Of a stretch of 64,000 nucleotides of DNA, positions 58,945-64,000 are shown piece by piece. Where the stretch lies: contig CAZPAY010000003.1 in the NCBI GenBank assembly GCA_964584805.1, forward strand, positions 1,889 to 65,888, in the 5' to 3' direction. The first letter of the stretch is position 1. Each line of letters starts with the position of its first letter. Origin of the DNA: an uncultured Planctomycetales bacterium. GTDB taxonomy: Bacteria > Planctomycetota > UBA1135. The notes under the pieces were generated by a model. That model was given only the letters and a program-made list of their open reading frames with translations, was not told where the DNA came from and made no database searches. The translations under genes and the position numbers were made by a program.

Positions 58945-60066
58945 CTAATCGCGCCCCATCAACCAGCCCAACTGAGCGGGTGCATGAGTGAAGGCTCGAT
59001 TTGGCTGGATAGACAGCGGATACGGCCCCCACCACTCGCCTGCGGCCCAATAACAACCCTGGACATAAGAGGCATCCATTTGTTGCAAGGCCCTATCGAG
59101 CACAACTCGCCAGCCCGGGTTGGTATTCGGCACACCAAACTCGCCAATAAAGGCATTGACCTTGTTTTTGCCACACCAGGCCAAAAATGGCTTAAGTCGC
59201 TGGGCTCCTCGGTCGCGTAATTGAGGATCACGGGCAAGCTCTTCTTCCCAAGACCAGCGATATTGACCACTGCCATCTGCGTCAAAATAGGCGTGTGCTT
59301 CGTAGGCAATTTGCCCCAAGGGATCATGAATCCAGCTCTTTGCCCCGTTGGCGCGCACCCAGCGTTCGCTAGATGACCAATCAAGCCCAGGTATGAGCAA
59401 AAGCGTGGAATGACCCTCTTCACGCATGCGATTCACCACATGCTGAGTCGCTGACTGCCAGGACGAGCGTCTGATGTTGTGAGGCTCATTCATCAAGCCG
59501 TAAGCCCACGGGCTGGCCTCCGCCTGAGAAAAAGCTTGGCCTATCTTGACCCACAAGTCAGCGAAATCCTCTTGGGAGACCAAAACTCTACCACCATAAG
59601 CGTGGCCAATCGTCGCCTCGATGATGAGCTCGCCTTCTTGGAGGAAGTAGCGACCATAGTTGTGGCAATCGAGGATGGCTCGCCCACCGGCTTCATGAAT
59701 CCATTGCACATTTTCCCGGAGAGCAAGCAATTCAGCGCTATCTAGCGGGCCACCCAACTTAGGCTGGAGACGCTCCCAGCGAAACGGGATACGGAAAAGG
59801 CTAACACCTTGGCCTGCAAACCAATCAATTGTGCGCTTTGAATTATAAATATAAGATGAGCCCAAGCCCCCGTGATTAAGATTCGAAAACCCGTCTACAT
59901 CACTTGCGAATTCCGCTCCGGCTAGAGAGACCCCGCGCACTGGGCCACTGTAATTCGCGTCAGGGATTTCGTCACTGCATGAGGAACAAACCAAACCTAT
60001 CGCCATAACCATTGCAGGTAGAAAAACACGGAAGCCACTTCTTAAGAAAAGCATAAGCGGAAGCAT
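58945..60066 (-). CDS. glycoside hydrolase family 5 (endoglucanase-like) lipoprotein
   Basis: RIPFRWERLQP, DCHNYGRY, LMNEPH (acid/base), HAYFD, IGEFG (nucleophile) and WAAGEWW. Lipobox-like GLVCSSC. Confidence 0.85.
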   Translation of the reverse strand: MLPLMLFLRSGFRVFLPAMVMAIGLVCSSCSDEIPDANYSGPVRGVSLAGAEFASDVDGFSNLNHGGLGSSYIYNSKRTIDWFAGQGVSLFRIPFRWERLQPKLGGPLDSAELLALRENVQWIHEAGGRAILDCHNYGRYFLQEGELIIEATIGHAYGGRVLVSQEDFADLWVKIGQAFSQAEASPWAYGLMNEPHNIRRSSWQSATQHVVNRMREEGHSTLLLIPGLDWSSSERWVRANGAKSWIHDPLGQIAYEAHAYFDADGSGQYRWSWEEELARDPQLRDRGAQRLKPFLAWCGKNKVNAFIGEFGVPNTNPGWRVVLDRALQQMDASYVQGCYWAAGEWWGPYPLSIQPNRAFTHAPAQLGWLMGRD

Positions 60067-60104
60067 AACGAATCGGGCATCTACCGCATAAGTACACTCT
60101 CCCC

Positions 60105-60467
60105 ATGCGACAAGTTCTCTTACTCGGGCTCCTCCTGCCCTTACTCGGATGCGGCGTGCTTCAACAAGAGCACCACCCTACTCTGGAATGGCTAGACGAG
60201 CGTTTACCTGAGCCTGACTCTTCTGTTGGCTCAGTGGCTTTGGGCGTGGCCGTATTGCCCATTGCCGTTCCTGCCGGCATCATTGATACTTTTCTTGCCA
60301 ACCCGTTTTTAGTGGCCCCCGATGCCTGGGATAGCACTCACGACCTTGTCTGGAAAGACCCTCAAGGAACGCTGTTTTATCAATCCGCCCTCTTCTTGCC
60401 CAAGATCGCATTTACGCCAATCGTGTTTGCATTCACTTGGTCCACTCACATCATGCTTGGCGAATGA
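60105..60467 (+). CDS. YceK/DUF1375-like lipoprotein
   Basis: Lipobox LLPLLGC. LPIAVPAGIIDTFLANPF resembles the YceK core. Confidence 0.55.
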   Translation: MRQVLLLGLLLPLLGCGVLQQEHHPTLEWLDERLPEPDSSVGSVALGVAVLPIAVPAGIIDTFLANPFLVAPDAWDSTHDLVWKDPQGTLFYQSALFLPKIAFTPIVFAFTWSTHIMLGE

Positions 60468-60934
60468 AACATCTCTCACTCATTATGGTCGCGCTCGTAT
60501 TGGGCAGCCTCAACTCATGCGCCTTCACCAATCCCAAGAATACGCCGCTCGTCACGGGCGTAGATAAAGCGCTAGGCGGTGAGGATAAAGATGGATGGCT
60601 TTCGATTGCCGCTATCCCTTTGGCTCTGCCTCTTGGACTTGTCGATGTCACCATAGTGCACCCCGTGCAAGTCGTTGACGATGCAGCGCAAGACACCTGG
60701 GATTTACTATGGGAACACAATGTGCAAGGGGCAGCGATGCGATCATTCCTTTTTTTCCCGCGCGTTACACTAACTCCAATCATCTTTACAGGCGATTGGG
60801 TCGGGCGTGCACTGTTTGATATTCCTCCGCATGGTGAAGAACATATCGAAGAGAAAGCACCCCTCACGCCGAATGAGCGTAAACGAATTCAATCTGAAAT
60901 CGAGCGGCTACAAAAGCAACTCGCAGATGGTTAG
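60464..60934 (+). CDS. YceK/DUF1375-like lipoprotein, paralog of the preceding gene
   Basis: ATGA start/stop overlap. Lipobox LGSLNSC. IPLALPLGLVDVTIVHPVQV...TWDLLW...FFPRVTLTPIIF is collinear with the upstream paralog. Confidence 0.55.
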   Translation: MKHLSLIMVALVLGSLNSCAFTNPKNTPLVTGVDKALGGEDKDGWLSIAAIPLALPLGLVDVTIVHPVQVVDDAAQDTWDLLWEHNVQGAAMRSFLFFPRVTLTPIIFTGDWVGRALFDIPPHGEEHIEEKAPLTPNERKRIQSEIERLQKQLADG

Positions 60935-60949
60935 CGCAGGGCGATCGCT

Positions 60950-62281
60950 TTACCCGCCGATCAGATGGCTTGCTTTCTGTCTTTCGTCACTTGCTTGATC
61001 CTTGGCGGCGACATCAGCAAGTTGTTGGTACAAATCGGCCATTGCGCTCGACCCAATTCCTCGGAATAGCTTTGCCATACCTGCGTAGTCACGCACACGA
61101 CGCACCAGCCGACGGCCAAAAGACAAGCGCGAGCCGGATGGATCTCGTGGGTTTAATGTGCTCAGTAATCGCACATCGCGCAAAATAGCACCAATCTTTT
61201 CGGGGCCTTTATAAACCACGCGCAAGTTACCCATGGAGTCGAGCAACAAACTCGTCGGCAAAGGGGCTCCGTTATAGCGGCCGACAATTTCACCGAGAAG
61301 GATCTCAAGTGAATTCATGAAAGCGTCATCGGCGTATCCCGCATTTTTATCTAACCCGAAATGCGCGACAATTTTTTTCGCTTGTTCGTGCTTGTCAAAT
61401 GAATCGGTGCAAAGAGTGATGATGCGCAAACCTAGCTTGTCAATTTTTTCCTTGCGATCCTGAAAACCCTCAAACTCATTTAAACAAGAAGCGCAGGTCG
61501 TCCCCCAGAGATTAATGAGTGTGGGCGCACCAGCGACATCGTCGACTCGGCGTTTCTTATTTTCAAACGAAGGGATGCCAAGGGGCGCAAGAGGGATGGC
61601 CTCTGTCAAGACGATACGCGAAACCATACGGCCTGCATCTGACTTGACGCCTGTCGGAGCAGAAGCCAACTCAACATGTGTTTGTGGCTCGATACTCACG
61701 GCAACGCCCGCGCCCTGAACAAGAGAGTAGCGATTGTTCATACGGCAACCCGTAAATGATTCGGACTCGCCGCTGGGCCAGCGTACAACGACACTTTCGA
61801 TTGCACTTTCTTTCCCCAAACTAAAGAGCATGGTCTTCGATGACTGAGAGAGAAAACTCTCTCCAGCGTAAACCGTGCGGGTAAAGATTTTGCCGCTAGC
61901 GGTGCTAAGCGTTACGCGCGCGCCGATGGCATCGCGGTTGGCGCTAACCCCCTGCATGCGCAGTTTTAACCAATGCGTATCAGGGCCGTTTCCGCGCATC
62001 AAACGGATACGCGGTGCAGTGCGAAAGCGAAGTAAGACATCGGCGTGGCCATCGTCATCCCAATCGATGTCGGCCACAGATCGGCCATCGCCCTTGAAAG
62101 CGGCATCCGTACAAGAGGACATGTCTGCGAATTTATTATCGCCTAAGTTAAGGAAGACGCGGTTGGATTCGCGACCCGACCAACTCGCACCTTCATGCCG
62201 GACGAGGTATTGAATACTTGACCAAGCGTTACGGTAATTCTCAGGTGCTTCATCCGATTCGGCAGGAGATTGCGACGTCAC
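60950..62281 (-). CDS. UnbV/ASPIC domain + TlpA-like thioredoxin domain (CxxC); probably the C-terminal part of a TGA-recoded protein continuing from 62300..63988
   Basis: DIDWDDDGHADVLL (last FG-GAP repeat), LKLRMQGVSANRDAIGARV...VVRWPSG (UnbV_ASPIC pattern) and NLWGTTCASC (redoxin motif). The called GTG start has no SD. Confidence 0.7.
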   Translation of the reverse strand: MTSQSPAESDEAPENYRNAWSSIQYLVRHEGASWSGRESNRVFLNLGDNKFADMSSCTDAAFKGDGRSVADIDWDDDGHADVLLRFRTAPRIRLMRGNGPDTHWLKLRMQGVSANRDAIGARVTLSTASGKIFTRTVYAGESFLSQSSKTMLFSLGKESAIESVVVRWPSGESESFTGCRMNNRYSLVQGAGVAVSIEPQTHVELASAPTGVKSDAGRMVSRIVLTEAIPLAPLGIPSFENKKRRVDDVAGAPTLINLWGTTCASCLNEFEGFQDRKEKIDKLGLRIITLCTDSFDKHEQAKKIVAHFGLDKNAGYADDAFMNSLEILLGEIVGRYNGAPLPTSLLLDSMGNLRVVYKGPEKIGAILRDVRLLSTLNPRDPSGSRLSFGRRLVRRVRDYAGMAKLFRGIGSSAMADLYQQLADVAAKDQASDERQKASHLIGG

Positions 62282-62288
62282 GCGTCGC
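62272..62288 (-). promoter_or_regulatory. SECIS-like hairpin downstream of TGA 62302..62300
   Basis: GCGACG-CGUGA-CGUCGC, starting exactly 11 nt after the TGA. The GTG start called for the downstream ORF lies in the loop. Confidence 0.4.
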
Positions 62289-62299
62289 CAGAAAAAACT

Positions 62300-63988
62300 T
62301 CATAAGTCGTGCGTGTCGGTGTTGGTGACAAAACCATTTGGTGAATAAATATCAGGCAAGCCATCGCCCGACAAATCGCCCATGCGCGCGCCCCAAGCCC
62401 ACCCACCCACGGCGATACCAGCATCTAAAGTGATGTCTTTGAAAGTGCCATCACCTAGATTTTCGAGCAGAGTATTTCCACGAGCATGGCGCAAATAATG
62501 CTCATGGACGGCCTCTTGCTTGCCTTTCATGAACTGGCCCGATTGCGGCACAATGCGCCGGCCTGCAGACGAAAACATATTGCTGATGTGGTAATCCATG
62601 TCGCCGTCGCCGTCGATATCGGCGGCGCTGATGCCCATCCCTGCGGCCAAATCACTTGCACCAATTTCGATTGCGATGTCACGGAATTTGCCGCCCTCAT
62701 TTTGATACAAATTATTGTGCCCGAAATCGTTTGTTACATATAAATCTAGATCGCCATCATCATCAAAATCTTCCCAAAGAGAGGAGAGCGAAAACTTGGT
62801 GTTGTTTTCATCCAAGCCAACCTCGGCTGTCGCGAGTGCAAATTTGCGGTCACCCAAATTCCTCCAGAACATGTTGGATGCGCCATTATTCGCATCGTGA
62901 TAGGGAGTTGGCACTCCGCCGATAAGCCCGCCAGCTGTGTAACGCACACCATACAAATCCAAGTCGCCGTCAAGGTCAATGTCGGCGGCGCTGAGTGAAT
63001 AGACCTCATCTTGCCCCTCACCTTGCACAGGTGTTAGGTCTGGAAAGTTGCCTGCTCCATCATTCCAGCAGACCATCAAATTTGCACCCACAGCGACAAC
63101 CAAGTCTTGATCGCCATCATTGTCTAAATCCAAAAACAAGGCGGAGCGTGAATTGTCTAAAAAACCGACCCCCGATGCCTGAGTCCTATCTCGCGCCCGG
63201 CCATCTTTACTGTGCATAAACAAACGATTAGGCAAACCACCTTGCTGGCAGACATATATATCATCACGACCGTCATTGTTAACATCGCCAACAGCGAACC
63301 CTTGGGCGCCGATGAATGAATTGCCAATCAGCCGATCGGTCATGTCCATATATTCATTCACACCGTGGAGATACTCCGCACGAAAATGCGCCATGTCGGC
63401 AAAAACCGCGCCAGTTACATCGGCCAGCAATGGCGCGCGTGTTTTCACCTCTTCATAAAATGAGGCACGCAGGGCAAACATACGGACGACCTTCTTGCCG
63501 CCTTCGCTGCGCACGCGCCACTCAACATTCCATTGGATGTTTTGCTGAAATCGGCCGCCCGTCGATGTTGGTGCCGAAAAATGCCCTAAAACCTCGGTCG
63601 AGAATAAATCATCATTGTGTACATCTACCGAAATGATTTTGACGAATGGATGTATTTCAACACCATCATCAAAAGGTGAGGTCAATGCTCGGCCTAACCC
63701 TGCAACGGCTTTGGCTGAATAAAGTTTGCCATCAAAACCACTCGCACGCTTGGCAACCGTAAAGCCATCATCAAGCAAAAGATCAAATTGCTTGGGGCGC
63801 AAAACCGTCATGCCGCTGAAATCTCTATCAAACAAATCACGCAGATGGTCAAAGCCGCGATGCGCAATTCCTTTGGCAAATTTCTTTATTTCAGCCTTGG
63901 CCAAATCATGCAAAACCTCACTTCCCCAACCATCAAACTCTGAGCTACGGCGTTTTCGATTGTCGAGCGCCCAACTTGGCAAATCCAT
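62300..63988 (-). CDS. FG-GAP/VCBS repeat protein (CRTAC1-like N-terminal part); ends in in-frame TGA
   Basis: Repeats GDVNNDGRDDIY, LDLDNDGDQDLV, ADIDLDGDLDLY, EDFDDDGDLDLY, ADIDGDGDMDYH and GDLSGDGLPDIY. The frame stays open upstream of the ATG at 63988 to the window edge, so the 5' end may lie outside. Confidence 0.75.
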   Translation of the reverse strand: MDLPSWALDNRKRRSSEFDGWGSEVLHDLAKAEIKKFAKGIAHRGFDHLRDLFDRDFSGMTVLRPKQFDLLLDDGFTVAKRASGFDGKLYSAKAVAGLGRALTSPFDDGVEIHPFVKIISVDVHNDDLFSTEVLGHFSAPTSTGGRFQQNIQWNVEWRVRSEGGKKVVRMFALRASFYEEVKTRAPLLADVTGAVFADMAHFRAEYLHGVNEYMDMTDRLIGNSFIGAQGFAVGDVNNDGRDDIYVCQQGGLPNRLFMHSKDGRARDRTQASGVGFLDNSRSALFLDLDNDGDQDLVVAVGANLMVCWNDGAGNFPDLTPVQGEGQDEVYSLSAADIDLDGDLDLYGVRYTAGGLIGGVPTPYHDANNGASNMFWRNLGDRKFALATAEVGLDENNTKFSLSSLWEDFDDDGDLDLYVTNDFGHNNLYQNEGGKFRDIAIEIGASDLAAGMGISAADIDGDGDMDYHISNMFSSAGRRIVPQSGQFMKGKQEAVHEHYLRHARGNTLLENLGDGTFKDITLDAGIAVGGWAWGARMGDLSGDGLPDIYSPNGFVTNTDTHDL

Positions 63989-64000
63989 GCCACGGTCTTG

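Overview
64-kb chromosomal segment of a diderm (Gram-negative) bacterium. Evidence for diderm status: LptB, a GT9 heptosyltransferase, a TonB-dependent receptor and lipoprotein lipoboxes. GC looks mid-50s% by eye. The gene content (FG-GAP/CRTAC1-UnbV proteins, a DUF1570-like protein, many exported metzincins) resembles PVC-type genomes; this is inference only. I saw no rRNA, CRISPR array, transposase, integrase or obvious prophage. There is one tRNA, tRNA-Pro(GGG), at 6252..6329 on the minus strand. Region 1-23.8 kb is mostly plus-strand housekeeping: glpK, argS, apt, fliA-type sigma factor, birA, rph, rdgB, lepA, lepB, lptB, etfBA. Exported hydrolases and proteases are interspersed. Region 23.8-30.4 kb is an envelope/LPS-type block: a translationally coupled four-gene operon (Gfo/Idh/MocA oxidoreductase, radical SAM, SAM methyltransferase, LPS-kinase-like), divergent from a GT9 heptosyltransferase, a ClsB-like PLD and an EEP phosphoesterase. 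Region 30.4-36 kb holds ligA, two small odd genes, an alanine:cation symporter and an Hpt protein. Region 36-46.3 kb is a long minus-strand array of exported or unknown proteins plus a TonB-dependent receptor. Region 46.4-51.8 kb holds uvrD/pcrA, an M3 oligopeptidase and an alpha/beta-hydrolase-GIY-YIG fusion. Region 51.9-60.1 kb is an exopolysaccharide module. Region 60.1-64 kb holds tandem YceK-like lipoproteins and an FG-GAP/UnbV/thioredoxin gene. The most notable observations are four. (1) Two reading frames are each interrupted by a single in-frame TGA followed at canonical spacing by a SECIS-like hairpin. Both involve thioredoxin-fold CxxC domains, so they are candidate selenoproteins. 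(2) A BcsB-less, cellulose-synthase-like module is built around a 1182-aa GT2-PilZ-PilZ-TM-TPR fusion. (3) A 360-nt intergenic region has a near-consensus promoter, mutually exclusive hairpins and an intrinsic terminator, making it a riboswitch/attenuator or sRNA candidate. (4) There are several degenerate or fused enzymes: a cytidine-deaminase fold without zinc ligands, an HKD motif with K->R, an LPS-kinase-like protein lacking the HxD motif, and the hydrolase-GIY-YIG fusion. All family calls come from motif recognition by eye; no database search was run.
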